A stretch of DNA of 64,000 nucleotides from Mustelus asterias (taxonomy: Eukaryota), in the NCBI RefSeq assembly GCF_964213995.1, contig NW_027590261.1, positions 1 to 64,000 of the forward strand, read 5' to 3'. Positions 22,970-36,180 of the stretch are shown here, piece by piece (the stretch's first letter is position 1; each line of letters opens with the position of its first letter). The notes below the pieces were generated by a model that was not told the DNA's origin, ran no database searches, and worked only from the letters and a program-made list of their open reading frames with translations. The position numbers and the translations under genes were made by a program.

Positions 22970-23080
22970 AGGAGAGAATGTTGTGAATTCCTATCCTGGA
23001 TTGACAGGGATGGATTTTGTAAATTAATTTTATCTGGGTTAGAAGGGAAGGATTTACACACACAAAATTCAAAACCCTGT
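22970..23080 (+). pseudogene. orphan ZNF acceptor/leader module without fingers
   Basis: gaattcctatcctggattgacagggatggattttgtaaa...ggttagaagggaaggatttac resembles the acceptor and leader of ZNF-3 (minus 36060-36145) and ZNF-6 (minus 53440-53510). Confidence 0.5.
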
Positions 23081-23244
23081 TTCTTATTTCAATATTGGAT
23101 TTATGAGTCGCTGGTAAGGTCGCTGCATTTCAAACAGAGCTTGCGAGTGTTTTGAAGTGTTTTCTTTAAAAGTCCCCTTCACTCCTGTGCTACTCAGGAG
23201 AAGATTTCACATTCACATTCTCCAGGATAGAGGGGCAAGAGAAC

Positions 23245-23826
23245 GGGCGGCACAGTGTTCAGCACCACTGCCTCACAGCACCAGGGAAATCATAGAAGCC
23301 CTACAGTACAGAAAGAGGCCATTTGGCCCATCGAGTCTGCACCAACCACAATCCCACCCCACCCCTACCCCCTTATCCCTACATATTTACCCGCTAATCC
23401 CTCTAACCTACGCATCTCAGGACACTAAGGGGCAATTTTAGCATGGCCAATCAACCTAACCCGCACATTTTTGGACTGAGGGAGGAAACCGGAACACCCG
23501 GAGGAAACCCATGCAGACACGAGGAGAATGTGCAAACTCCACACACAGGGGTCCCAGGTTCAATTCTGGCCTCGGGTCACTGTCTGTGTGGAGTTTGCAC
23601 ATTCTCCCCGTGTCTGCGTGGGTTTCCTCCAGGTGCCCTGGTTTCCTCCCACAGTCCAAAGATGTGTGGGCTAGGCTGATTGGCTATGCTAAATTGCCCT
23701 TTAGTGTCAGGGGGATTAGCAGGGTAAATATGTGGGGTTATGGGAATAGGGCCTGGGTGGGATTGTGGTCGGTACACACTCGATGGGTCAAATGGCCTCC
23801 TTCTGCACTGTAGGGATTCTATGATT
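23245..23826. mobile_element. minus-strand SINE (23289-23545) inserted into a plus-strand SINE
   Basis: The plus head ends at cagcaccaggg and resumes as caggggtcccagg at ~23546. The intervening sequence is a 5'-truncated reverse copy. Confidence 0.8.
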
Positions 23827-25204
23827 CAGACCAATTGCAGGTGCTGCTTTCTTCCCACCTCACTCTCACAGACTTCAGTGAAGACAGTGTGGAAAGGCTT
23901 TGGGACAAGATCAGATCTGTGATGCAGTGAACACCCACTCAGCTCATCGGGTTTGAATTGCTCAGGCCGTCACACTGGCTCAACAAGAATGACAAAGAAG
24001 TGAGCAAAATCAGAAACTGTCTCTGGATTGAATGGAGTAGTATTCCTCCTATTGAACCATTCACACTGATGTCTCACTGGCTGTACCTGTACCAGCTCTC
24101 TACCCTGACACATAGTCATATTATATGGATAAGTGGGCATAGCCTTTAGGTGTTGGTCTGTTAACTACAAGGGAACCATTTTCTTAATTGATTCATGGAC
24201 ATGGGCAGCGCTGGCTGGCCAGCATTTATCGCCCATCCCCAGCTGCCCTTGAGAAGGTGGTGGTGAGCTGCCTTCTTGAAACCCTGCAGTCCATGTGCTG
24301 TGGGTTCACCCACAATGCCGTTAGGGAGGATTATGACCCGGTGACTGTGAAGGAATGGTGATACATGTCCAATTCAGGATGGTGAATGGCTTGGAGGGGA
24401 ACTTGCAGGTGGTGGTATTCCCATGTATTTTCTGCCCTTCTGATGAAGGGTCATCTAGACTCAAAGCATTGGGTCTATTCACTCCCCCCAGATGCTGTCC
24501 GACCTACTGAGATTTTCCACCATATTCTGTTTTTGTTTCACATTCCTGCATCGACAGTATTTTGCTTTTATCTTCTGTCCTTGTCCTTTTAGATGGAAGT
24601 GGTCGTGGCTTTGGAAGGTGCTGCCTAAGGAGCCTTGGTGAATTGCTGCAGTGCATCTTCCTTTAGCAATATACTATATCATCTCTCTGGCTTGTTCCAC
24701 CAACCAAGATCCATACATTATACATTCAGTAGATTCACTTAATACAATTTTACTTTCTTTAATAATTTGATTGATCATTTGTACGTGAGACTTTAGGGCC
24801 TGACCATATGTTGTAAATGTATGGTTAAGTTCCGACCTTAAGAGTGGCTAAGTTAATGGTATTAACAACCCTGGTGTTAAAAGCTGTTGAAGCATCATTC
24901 ATTATACCCCGTTACTGTCTGACATTTTGGATATTATTCCCCTTCCTAATGTGGTTTTGGATAACATCCAGATGCAGATGCTGAGGGGGATTGAGCTTCC
25001 ATCTTAACATCCTCCTGATACAATAGCCATGGTACAGGTGCACTTTTCACTTCTTTTTCATCATTGTCCCAGGTCCGCAGCATATTCTTCACCGTGTACG
25101 TAACAGTCCTGATCCTTCTCAGCTTCTTCCATTATCTGGGACTCTGAGTTTCACCAAGTTATGAGAAAACTATTTGACTTTTTAGCCAAAACGTTTATTA
25201 TTTT

Positions 25205-25500
25205 ATTTGTGCCAAAAATAGGCTTATATTAACACTGCAATGAAGTTGCTGTGAAAATCCCCTCGTTGCCACACTCCGTGCCTGTTCAGGTACACTGGGG
25301 GAGAATTTAGCATGGCCAATTCATCTAACCAGTACGTCTTTCGGACTGTGGGAGGAAACTGGAGCATCCGCAGGAAAGCCATGCAGACACGGGGTGAACG
25401 TGCAAACTCCACATAGATAGTACCCAAGCCAGGAATTGAACCCGGGTCCCTGGCGCTGTGAGGCAGCAATGCTAACCACTGTGCCCCACCGTGCCGCCCG
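25205..25500 (-). mobile_element. HE1-like SINE, tail type A
   Basis: attaacactgcaatgaagttgctgtgaaaatcccc ... gtgccccaccgtgccgccc. Confidence 0.85.
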
Positions 25501-25687
25501 TTTGCATATTCAATACAACTGACCTTATCCACCGTAGTCTATGGTCCCTTATACAGGGGTCCAAACACATCTCCCTTTGCACAATTTCTTACCCTCGCTT
25601 GGTCTCCAATATGACACTCCTGTGGTTGGATGGGGCTAATAGGGACCTACTCCAGATACTCATGAGAACCAGTGGAAGTTCTTCAGT

Positions 25688-27700
25688 CCATAAGACCATA
25701 AGACATAGGAGCGGAAGTAAGGCCATTCGGCCCATCGAGTCCACTCCACCATTCAATCATGGTTGATTTCAACTCCATTTACCCGCTCTCTCCCCATAGC
25801 CCTTAATTCCTCGAGAAATCAAGAATTTATCAATTTCTGTCTTGAAGACGCTCAACGTCTCGGCCTCCACAGCCCTCTGTGGCAATGAATTCCACAGACC
25901 CACCACTCTCTGGCTGAAGAAATTTCTCCTCATCTCTGTTCTAAAGTGACTCCCTTTTATTCTAAGGCTGTGCCCCCGCGTCCTAGTCTCCCCTGTTAAT
26001 GGAAACAACTTCCCTACGTCCATCCTATCTAAGCCGTTCATTATCTTGTAAGTTTCTATCAGATCTCCCCTCAACCTCCTAAACTCCAATGAATATAATC
26101 CCACGATCCTCAGACGTTCATCGTATGTCAGGCCTACCATTCCTGGGATCATCCGTGTGAATCTCCGCTGGACCCGCTCCAGTGCCAGTATGTCCTTCCT
26201 GAGGTGTGGGGCCCAAAATTGCTCACAGTACTCCAAATGGGGCCTAACCAGTGCTTTATAAAGCCTCAGAAGTACATCCCTGCTTTTGTATTCCAAGCCT
26301 CTTGAGATAAATGACAACATTACATTTGCTTTCTTAATTACGGACTCAACCTGCAAGTTTACCTTTAGAGAATCCTGGACTAGGACTCCCAAGTCCCTTT
26401 GCACTTTAGCATTATCAATTTTGTCACCGTTTAGAAAATAGTCCATGCCTCTATTCTTTTTTCCAAAGTGTACGACCTCGCACTTGCCCACGTTGAATTT
26501 CATCAGCCACTTCTTGGACCACTCTCCTAAACTGTCTAAATCTTTCTGCAGCCTCCCCACCTCCTCAATACTACCTGCCCCTCCACCTATCTTTGTATCA
26601 TCGGCAAACTTTGCCAGAATGCTCCCAGTCCTGTCATCTAGATCGTTAATATATAAAGAGAACAGCTGTGGCCCCAACACTGAACCCTGCGGGACACCAC
26701 TTGTCACCGGTTGCCATTCTGAGAAAGAACCTTTTATCCCAACTCTCTGCCTTCTGTCTGACAGCCAATCGTCAATCCATGTTAGTACCTTGCCTTGAAT
26801 ACCATGGGCCCTTATTTTACTCAGCAGTCTCCCGTGAGGCACCTTGTCAAAGGCCTTTTGGAAGTCAAGATAGATAACATCCATTGGCTCTCCTTGGTCT
26901 AACCTATTTGTTATCTCTTCAAAGAACTCTAACAGGTTTGTCAGGCACGACCTCCCCTTACTAAATCCATGCTGACTTGTCTTAATCCGACCCTGCACTT
27001 CCAAGAATTTAGAAATCTCATCCTTAACGATGGATTCTAGAATTTTGCCAACAACTGAGGTTAGGCTAATTGGCCTATAATTTTCCATCTTTTTTCTTGT
27101 TCCCTTCTTGAACAGTGGGGTTACAACAGCGATTTTCCAATCCTCTGGGACTTTCCCTGACTCCAGTGACTTTTGAAAGATCATAACTAACGCCTCCACT
27201 ATTTCTTCAGCTATCTCCTTTAGAACTCTAGGATGTAGCCCATCTGGGCCCGGAGATTTATCAATTTTCAGACCTTTTAGTTTCTCTAGCACTTTCTCCT
27301 TTGTGATGGCAACCATATTCAACTCTGCCCCCTGACTTTCCTGAATTGTTGGGATATTACTCATGTCTTCTACTGTGAAGACTGACGCAAAGTACTTATT
27401 AAGTTCCTCAGCTATTTCCTTGTCTCCCATCACTAGATTACCAGTGTCATTTTGGAGCGGCCCAATGTCTACTTTTGCCTCCCGTTTGTTTTTAATGTAT
27501 TTAAAGAAACTTTTACTATCATTCCTAATGTTACTAGCTAGCCTACCTTCATATTTGATCCTCTCCTTCCTTATTTCTCTCTTTGTTATCCTCTGTTTGT
27601 TTTTATAGCCTTCCCAATCTTCTGACTTCCCACTACTCTTTGCCACATTATAGGCTCTCTCTTTTGCCTTGATGCATTCCCTGACTTCCTTTGTCAGCCA
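25688..27700 (-). mobile_element. young 5'-truncated CR1 LINE (open RT, 25769-27646)
   Basis: Uninterrupted 625-aa RT region with a (tcttatgg)n tail; about 14 substitutions relative to the 55065-57941 copy. Confidence 0.95.
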
Positions 27701-28888
27701 CTTTGTGCTGTTCCATCCAGTTATTTTCTGAGAACGAGCTTCATGTGCGGTTCATTCTTTCTACAATTCCCAGCAATTGGTGTGAGCTACTTGCCATCTC
27801 CCTCCTTTCAATTTTCCAATTAAACAAAAGCACGGAGGAACAAACCGTTCTCTGGAGCATTCCACATTGCAATGACTCAGCCAAAGTCAACTTCCCAACC
27901 CATCAGCAACCTCTTTACACACAGAATAAATTGTTGTTCCCTTTGAAATTTGCTATTCTTGTATCTGTCATGTTAAGTGAAAAAGCTTCTGCAGCATGGC
28001 TCATTTTACAGCAATCCTCTGCACTTACAAAGTGACTATTTAAGAAGCATTGTAAAGAAGGAGAAAGAGGTAGAGAGGCTTATGGAGGGATTTCCAGAGC
28101 TTACAGGTGATGACGCTGAAAGCACCACCACCATCGGTGGAGCAAATGAAATATGGTCACTACAAGAGGCCAGAATTGGAAATGATCTGATATATGAGAG
28201 TTGTGGGGCTGGAGAAGATCACAAAGATAGGGAAGGGCGAGGCCATACAGTGATTGAAAATAAGGATAGAAATTTTAAAACAAGGTGCTGCTTAACCAGG
28301 GACTGATGCAGGAGTGATGTGTTTGTTATTTTGGGGGGAGTGGGGGGAGATGACAACAGATTTAAAGGAAAGAGGGACAATACCCGAAGAAAGAAGCGAA
28401 CCACTAACAATGTAAGCTCACGTGGGGATGTTGTGTAGCCAGCAGTTCAGCGAGAATAGGATAGAAGGTGCAGGAAGTGGGTCTTGAGGGCAGAGGTCAT
28501 GAGGGGAGGTGGGAGAATCTAGAGAAAGATACAGATGCAGGACTCAGATAAGGGTATTTTAGCTCGGTGGGCTAGTGCATGGGATGGACACGGCAGAGGC
28601 AACTGTCACTAAGATTGAGATCTTCCAATCAAAGAAGATCCATGAGTTCCTCTCACTTGGAGGTGAGGATGGAGCAGATAGAAAGACGGAGAATCCTTCA
28701 GAAGGAATTAACTTGTGTCAGATATTCAGGCGACTCACATTGTTTAACACAAAGCCAGTTTATTTGACTTTTAGCCAGGAGATTAGCACTTGTATAACTG
28801 GACTGGAGGTTAGTAACATCAGCAAAAACAGACCCCAAATGAACACAGTTCAATCCCGGACGTGATTAACAATATCCAATCATTGCAA

Positions 28889-29590
28889 TTACTTGTGACC
28901 TCGCTGGTGTTTCAACACATGGGATGAATGAGCAAATTTCTTCTTACAGACAGTGCAAGTGAATGGTTTCTCCCCAGAGTGAACTCGTTCGTGTAACCGA
29001 AGATGGGATGGCTGAGTGAATTTCTTCCCACACTGGGAGCAGGTGTACGGCCTCTCCCCAGTGTGAGTGCGCTGGTGGAGAGAGGGTTGATACGAATGCT
29101 TGAACCCAGCCTCACAGTGAGAGCACCTGAACGGTCTTTCATCAGAGTGAATGAGTTGATGGCTCATCAGTTCCCTCGAACTTTTAAAGCATTTCCCGCA
29201 TTCTGCGCATTTGAAAGGTCTTTCGTCCGTATGAACCTGCTTGTGTCTCAGCAGGATAGATGAACTAGTAAATCCCTTCTCACACACTGAGCAAGTGAAT
29301 GGTCTCTCCCTCGTGTGAACGCGCTGGTGTTGCTGCAGATGCGCATTGCGATTAAATCCCTTCCCACACTCGGAGCAGTTAAACAGCTTTTCCCTGGTGT
29401 GACAGCGTCTATGCATTTCCAGATCAGATGGGAAATTAAATTCCTTCCCACAGTCCCCACATTTACACAACTTCTTTCCAGTGTGACTGCGTTTGTGTTT
29501 CGACAGGCCAGATGATCGACTGTAGCCTTGTCCACACACAGCACACATAAACGGTTTCTCTCCACTGTGAACGCTGCTTTTTTCATCCAT
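28889..29590 (-). CDS. C2H2 zinc-finger protein ZNF-2 (8 fingers)
   Basis: [13 protein letters not shown] followed by 8 C2H2 units; ATG at 29590; acceptor ctctcag near 29694; 3' UTR homologous to ZNF-1. Confidence 0.9.
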   Translation of the reverse strand: MDEKSSVHSGEKPFMCAVCGQGYSRSSGLSKHKRSHTGKKLCKCGDCGKEFNFPSDLEMHRRCHTREKLFNCSECGKGFNRNAHLQQHQRVHTRERPFTCSVCEKGFTSSSILLRHKQVHTDERPFKCAECGKCFKSSRELMSHQLIHSDERPFRCSHCEAGFKHSYQPSLHQRTHTGERPYTCSQCGKKFTQPSHLRLHERVHSGEKPFTCTVCKKKFAHSSHVLKHQRGHK

Positions 29591-30129
29591 GTTCAAAGTA
29601 AAATGATAGTCGGGTTACGATAAATTGGGTAATTCTGTCAGATTCTGCTGTGGGTTTGAATGTCCCGACTGCAAATCCTTCTCTTCAAATATTCTGAGAG
29701 ATTTAAAACAGAAAAAAAGAGAGAATGAGAAAACCCACAGGATCACAAAGGCAGTTTGTAAAATTGAACGGAATGGATCTGCTGATTTATGGAATCAACA
29801 TGAGGGCAGGAAACTTGCCACAGCAATGGGATGAGAGAGAAAGAGGTGAGAGAGGCAGAGCGAAGTAGAGTTTTTTTATAGATGTACAACTTGACAGGAA
29901 CTGTGACAGAATCTCCCAAACCCTCAATCTCCGCAGTCTAGAATGACTAGGGTAAGCAGCTATATGTGAACATCACCTCCAAGTTGCCCTGCACATCAGC
30001 CTGATGTTTAATTTGTCTGACACCAGTCCTCCAATAATAAACTGGGAAATCTGAAGACATTGTCCAATTCCTGGCTGCTGACTCTTCCTGACAACTGTGG
30101 CAGAACCAATCTGTATCATTGTGTTTTTT

Positions 30130-30730
30130 TAAATTAATGGGATGTGAGCATTGCTGGCTGGGCCAATGTTAATTGTCCATCCCTAACCATATTGCCAAAT
30201 AAGGATGGCAGATTTCCTTTCCTAAAGGATATTAGTGAATCAAGGTGGGTTGCTACAATTGTCATTAGCCTTTTTAAATTTTATTTTTATTGAATTCAAA
30301 TGGCCCCCAGATCTTGCCCTGGGTCTCCGGGCTTCTAGTCCAGCGACAATACCATGATGGGGAGACGATGGCCAAGTGGTCTTGGCACTGGACTATTTAA
30401 TCCAGAAACTCAGCCAATGTTCTGGGGACCCAGGTTCGAATGCCACCACGGCAAGTTGCTCTCACTGCCCTCTCTCCCTCTCTCCTACCATGGCAAGTGG
30501 TGGAATTTGAATTCAATAAACAAAGAATTAGCTGGAATTAAGAATCTACCGATGACCATGTAACCATTGTTGTAAAAGCCTATTTGGAAATCTGCCATCC
30601 TTACTCCGTCTGGCTTACACATGACTCCAGAGCTACAGCTATGTGCTTGACTCTCAACTGCCCTCAGGCAATTAGGGATGGGCAATAAATGCTGGTCAGC
30701 CAGCAATGACCACGTCCCATGAATGAATAA
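30130..30730. mobile_element. second SINE-like family, two opposed copies (another at 31670-31945, minus)
   Basis: tRNA-like caggttcgaatgcc, core ggaaatctgccatccttac...acatgactccag, tail ggcaattagggatgggcaataaatgctgg. Confidence 0.65.
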
Positions 30731-31307
30731 TAACACCACCACCTTCCCTCATATTGGACCCCAAGATGAGTTTCTGACCACATTTCCATGTCATCATTAG
30801 AATCCTATTTTGGTCAGAGTATCATCAAACTTCACCTTTGCCTCATCTCATTGTCCACTGAAACCCTCATCTTACCCTCACAAGCTTCTGGTTAAGACAC
30901 CACCTTAATTGTTGAAATGATTTTTCAAATCTCTTCATGGCCTTGACTCTCATGATCTCTATAATCTCCTCCAGATGCACAATGCTGACCAAATCGCCAC
31001 TCCTCTAATTCTGGCCTCCTCGCTCTCTACAGCTGTGCACCTACCTTTCCTCTTTAAAATCTACCTCTTTGACCAAGCTTTTAGATATCTGCCCAAATAT
31101 TTCCGACCATGGCTGATTGTTAATTGCTAACTCAGCAGGCCGGGTACTGCCTGTGGCGAGAGAAAGAGACAGAATGAACAATTCAGGAAGGTACTGCAGA
31201 ATGAAATTTGGAGAATAAAAATGGTGCAGGATTTGATGGTCAATAAGCTCAGAAGTGGAAGAGAAATTGACGACAGGAAAAAAAAAACGTCCTGATGCTG
31301 AAAGATG

Positions 31308-31630
31308 CACGGTGGCACAGTGGTTAGCACTGCGGCCTCACAGCACCAGGGATCCGGGTTGAATTCCAGCCTTGGGTGACTGTCAGTGTGCTGTTTGCAC
31401 ATTCTCCCTGTGCTGGCATGGGTTTCCTCCGGGTGCTCCGGTTTCCTCCCACACTCCAAAAATGTGCAGGTTAGATGGATTGGTCAAGCTAAATTGCCCA
31501 TTACTGTCAGAGGGGTTAGCAGGGTAAATATGTGAGGTTATGGGGATAGGGCCTAGGTGGGATTATTGTTGGTGCAAGCTTGATGGGCTGAATGGCCTCC
31601 TTCTGCACTGTAGGTATTCCATGATTCTAT
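31308..31630 (+). mobile_element. HE1-like SINE, tail type B (3' fragment also at 32123-32310)
   Basis: gcacggtggcacagtggttagcac ... ttctgcactgtaggtattccatgattctat. Confidence 0.85.
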
Positions 31631-32399
31631 GCTGTGGGAAGATAAAGCTAGTAATTTTTTTAAAAAGTCATTCACAGAAGAAGGACGAGCCAGCATTTAT
31701 TGCCCATCCCTAATTGCCCTTGGACTGAGTGGCTTGCTCAGCCATTTCAGAAGACAGATAAGAGTCAACCACATTGCTGAAAATCTGGAGTCACATGTAG
31801 GCCAGGCCAGGTAAGGACAGCAGATCTTCTTCCCGAAAGGACATTAGTGAACCAGATAGGTTTTTTACAACAATCGACAATGGTTTCATGGTCATCAGTA
31901 GACTTTAAATTCCAGATTTTTTGACTGCATTCAAATATCACCATCAATACATAGTCGGGGGAGGGACAACAGTTGAAACTTCATTTCGACAATCTAACAG
32001 TAAAATATTAAACACAGTTAAAACATACCCAGCATTAGAGACAGAGGGAAGTTAGACAATGACAGAAAGGTGATCAGGGAGGGCAGAGGTAAAACTGAGC
32101 AATGGATGGACATGGATTCAGATCCAAAGATGTGCGGGTTAGGTTGATTGGCCAGGTTAAAAATTGCCCCTTAGAGTCCTGGGATGCGTAGGTTAGAGGG
32201 ATTAGCGGGTAAATATGTGGGGGTAGGGCCTGAGTGGGATTGTGGTCGGTGCAGACTCGATGGGCCAAATGGCCTCCTTCTGCACTGTAGGGTTTCTATG
32301 ATTCTATGATCCACAGTAAAGAAGTCAGACCAGCCACACGTGGAACCTCTCTCAGATAACAGAACACACCACTAAAAACTCTCAGTTTCAGAGGAATGG

Positions 32400-32690
32400 T
32401 CACAAGCACTCACCTCTGAAACAATGTCGCTGTTTTTAAAGATAAATCTGTTGCTGGGAGCTGCAGCTGGAAAGATCAGAAACCAGAGAGAGAGATTTCA
32501 AAACTCCCGCCACTGTGGGAACCCCGGAAGTGGGCGTGATGACACCACAATGGTGTGTGCGTGATGGCGTCACCGCATGGTTGCGACTGCGCGATTAGCT
32601 CAGAATCTGCACGTGCGCAAACACGTTGACAGGCTGTTCCAATGACGTCACCCAAGGGAAAACTGCGCTTGCGCTGGCAGTGCAGATGCA
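32400..32690 (-). promoter_or_regulatory. CpG-rich promoter and non-coding first exon, probably for ZNF-2
   Basis: CCGGAAGT (ETS, 32524), ATGGCG (YY1-like), TGCACGTGCGCA (32608), TGACGTCA (CRE, 32643), and a minus-strand donor GAG|GTGAGT at 32413-32408. Confidence 0.55.
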
Positions 32691-32764
32691 CAGAGGTCTT
32701 GCAATTGGATGTTGGGACATTATAACCATAACCTTTTCTTCATGGGATAGGAAATTCTGAATTT

Positions 32765-32997
32765 AAGAAACATAGAAACATAGAACACTACAGCACAAAA
32801 CAGGCCCTTCGGCCCCACAAGTTGTGCCAAACATATCCCTACCTTTTAGGCCTACCTATAACGCTCCATCCTATTAAGTCCCATGTACTCATCCAGGAGT
32901 CTCTTAAAAGACCCTATTGAGTTTGCCTCCACCACCACTGATGGCAGCCGATTCCACTCGCCCACCACCCTCTGTGTGAAAAACTTCCCCCTAACAT
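32765..32997 (-). mobile_element. CR1 3' end, same subfamily as 13700-15846
   Basis: Reverse complement of ~15620-15846, including the (aacatag) tail. Confidence 0.85.
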
Positions 32998-32999
32998 AG

Positions 33000-34690
33000 A
33001 GTGCACTCTACACCAGCATCCCCCACGAGGATGGCATTGCTGCAACGGCCTCAGTACTCAATGCCGTCAACTGCCAGTTTCCAGATGCAATTTTACAACT
33101 CATCCGCTTCATCCTGGACCACAATATCTTCACCTTCAACAACCAGTTCTTCATCCAGACACACGGAACAGCCCTGGGGACAAAATACGCACCTCAATAT
33201 GCCAACATCTTCATGCACAAGTTCGAACAAGACTTCTTCACCGCACAGGACCTTCAGCCGATGCTATACACTAGACACATCGATGACATTTTCTTCCTTT
33301 GGAGTCATAGTGAGCAATCACTGAAACAACTATATGATGACATCAACAAGTTCCATCCCACCATCTGACTCACCAGGGACTACTCTCCGGAATCGGTTGC
33401 ATTCTTGGACACACGCATCTCCATTAAGGACGGTCACCTCAGCACCTCACTGTACCGCAAGCCCACGGATAACCTCATGATGCTCCACTTCTCCAGCTTC
33501 CACCCTAAACACGTAAAAGAAGCCATCCCCTACGGACAAGCCCTCCGAATACACAGGATCTGCTCGGATGAGGAGGATCGCAACAGGCACCTCCAGACGC
33601 TGAAAGATGCCCTCATAAGAACAGGATGTGGCGCTCGACTCATCGATCAACAGTTCCGACACGCCACAGCGAAAAACTGCACGGAGCTCCTCAGAAGACA
33701 AACACGGGACACGGTGGACAGAGTACCCTTCGTCATCCAGTACTTCCCCGGAGCGGAGAAGCTACGGCATCTCCTCCGGAGCCTTCAACATGTCATTGAT
33801 GAAGACGAACATCTCGCCAAGGCCTTCCCCACACCCCCACTTCTTGCCTTCAAACAACCACGCAACCTCAAACAGACCATTGTCCGCAGCAAACTACCCA
33901 GCCTTCAGGAGAACAGTGACCATGACACCACACAACCCTGCCACAGCAACCTCTGCAAGACGTGCCGGATCATCGACACGGATGCCATCATCTCACGTGA
34001 GAACACCATCCACCAGGTACACGGTACCTACTCTTGCAACTCGGCCAACGTTGTCTACCTGATACGCTGCAGGAAAGGATGTCCCGAGGCATGGTACATT
34101 GGGGAAACCATGCAGACGCTACGACAACGGATGAATGAACACCGCTCGACAATCACCAGGCAAGACTGTTCTCTTCCTGTGGGGGAGCACTTCAGCAGTC
34201 ACGGACATTCAGCCTTGGATCTTCAGGTAAGCGTTCTCCAAGGTGGCCTTCACGACACACGACAGCGCAGAGTCGCTGAGCAGAAACTGATAGCCAAGTT
34301 CCGCACACATGAGGACGGCCTAAACCGGGATGTTGGATTTATGTCACATTATCAGTAACCCCCACAGCTTTCCCCCGATCTTGCAGAATCTTACTAGCTG
34401 TTCTGTCTGGAGACAATACACATCTCTTTAACCTGTGTTTAATGTTCCCTCCACCCACATTGTCTGTACCTTTAAGACCTGGCTGGCTGTAGAGATTTGC
34501 ATTCTAATTAGTATTCTGTAACTTGATTTCTGTGTCTCTGTGCACTGTTGGAGAACAGATATCTGACGAAGGGGCAGCGCTCCGAAAGCTTGTGGTATTT
34601 GCAAATAAACCTGTTGGACTTTAACCTGGTGTTGTGAGACTTCTTACTGTGCTTACCCCAGTCCAACGCCAGCATCTCCACATCATGATA
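33000..34690 (+). mobile_element. Penelope-like retroelement, 5'-truncated (RT + GIY-YIG endonuclease + terminal repeat)
   Basis: ALYTSIP...QTHGTALG...RHIDDIF (RT, with one TGA at ~33366), then ORF 33405-34358 with NVVYLIRC...WYIGETMQTLRQRMNEH...GLN (GIY-YIG). Confidence 0.92.
34561..34595 (+). ncRNA. minimal type I hammerhead-ribozyme-like motif
   Basis: CTGACGA, stem II GGGGC-agc-GCTCC, GAAA, palindromic AAGCTT. Stem I is weak in this copy. Confidence 0.55.
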
Positions 34691-35260
34691 TAAACCCCAC
34701 AGTCACTGACACCAATCTCCTCCTATCTGATTATAATGTAGCCCCACATTCTCAGAAAGAATATACACAAGTTTGTTATTTCGATTGGACTTTTTCCATT
34801 CCTGAGCTGAGGGGACTTCTGTACCAGACGGGATGGGTAACGTTTGGAGACTCAATTCTCCATCAATTCCCATTCCCCTTCTCTCTGGGGGATAACGGAG
34901 CTCTCACTGTGTGTAATGTGCAGGTCAGTAAGAATTCTCAGCAAGGATTAATCAGCACTTTCTAATTGGAGATGTTCATCAGTGGAACCTCTCAGGCATT
35001 TGTAGAGTTTGAACCAAAGATCAATTTAGGATTCAAGTAAAAGTTTAATACTTGTGCCAAAATAATTGCTGGTGGAATTCTCTGAATTCAGGGGAATGAT
35101 CATAGACACATATTCTGAAAGGGAGACTGCAGGCCCAAGAACATAATCAGCCAATTATGGTTAGGAACATCAGATAAAGAAACCTGAATTGTCAGAATGA
35201 AATGGTTCAGTACTGGGCATTGTGAATGCCAGCAACATCAGTGGAATCCAAACCCTTCAT

Positions 35261-35851
35261 TCACTTGTGAACTTGCTGGTGTGTCAGCAGGTGGGCTAGC
35301 TGACTGAATCCCCTCTCACACACTGAACAGGTGAATGGCTTCTCCCGGGTGTGAATTCGCTGGTGTGTCAGAAGGTTGGATGAAGTTGTGAACCTTTTCT
35401 CACACATGGAACAAATGAATGGTCTCTCGCCAGTGTGAACGCGCTGGTGTGTCAGAAGGTTTGATGAATTAGTGAATCTCTTCTCACACACAGAGCAGGT
35501 GAATGGCCTCTCCCCAGTGTGAACTCGCTGGTGTGTCAGCAGCTGGGATAACTGAGTGAATCCCCTCCCACAAACAGGACAGGTGAATGGCTTCTCCCCA
35601 GTGTGAACTCGCTGGTGTACCAGTAGCTCGGATGACTGAGTGAATCCCTTCCCACACACACAACAGGGGAATGGTCTCTCCCCTGTGTGAAATCGCTGGT
35701 GTCTCAGCAGAGTGGTTGACTGAGTGAATCCCTTCCCGCATACGGAACAGGTGAATGGCTTCTCTCCAGTGTGAGTGCGTCGATGAATTTCCAGCAGGGA
35801 TGGGTATTTGAATCCTTTTCCACAATCCCCACATTTACACGGTTTCTCCAT
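35261..35851 (-). CDS. C2H2 zinc-finger protein ZNF-3 (7 fingers)
   Basis: [10 protein letters not shown]... with 7 intact fingers; ATG at 35851; decayed finger sequence upstream; acceptor ttatcag near 36094. Confidence 0.9.
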   Translation of the reverse strand: MEKPCKCGDCGKGFKYPSLLEIHRRTHTGEKPFTCSVCGKGFTQSTTLLRHQRFHTGERPFPCCVCGKGFTQSSELLVHQRVHTGEKPFTCPVCGRGFTQLSQLLTHQRVHTGERPFTCSVCEKRFTNSSNLLTHQRVHTGERPFICSMCEKRFTTSSNLLTHQRIHTREKPFTCSVCERGFSQLAHLLTHQQVHK

Positions 35852-36180
35852 GGTGCTGGTGTCCTTGTTTCTCTCCACGTTGGATGATCAGTTCAAGCCT
35901 CGACCACAAAACACATGTACAGATTCTCTCTGGTTCAAATGTTGCAATTTTTTACAGGCTTTGCGATTGGTTAAAACAATCCTCCTTCCACATTCAAAGG
36001 CCAATGATACTCACACTCCGATTCATTGAGTATCAGATGTTGATGTGATGTTTGGTTTGCATTTCTCATCTCCAAATCCTCTTCTTCTAAAAACCTGATA
36101 AATGAGTTTAAAAAGTCATCATTGTCAGAACAAGATAGAAATTCAGAACAGCCAATTCTCATTTGGTGGAATATTTTCCG

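Noticed and set aside
24660-25690. Possible Gypsy-type pol remnant on the minus strand (GPLYKGP...VDKVS)
   Set aside because: Only one short motif is recognisable, not enough to set boundaries or family.
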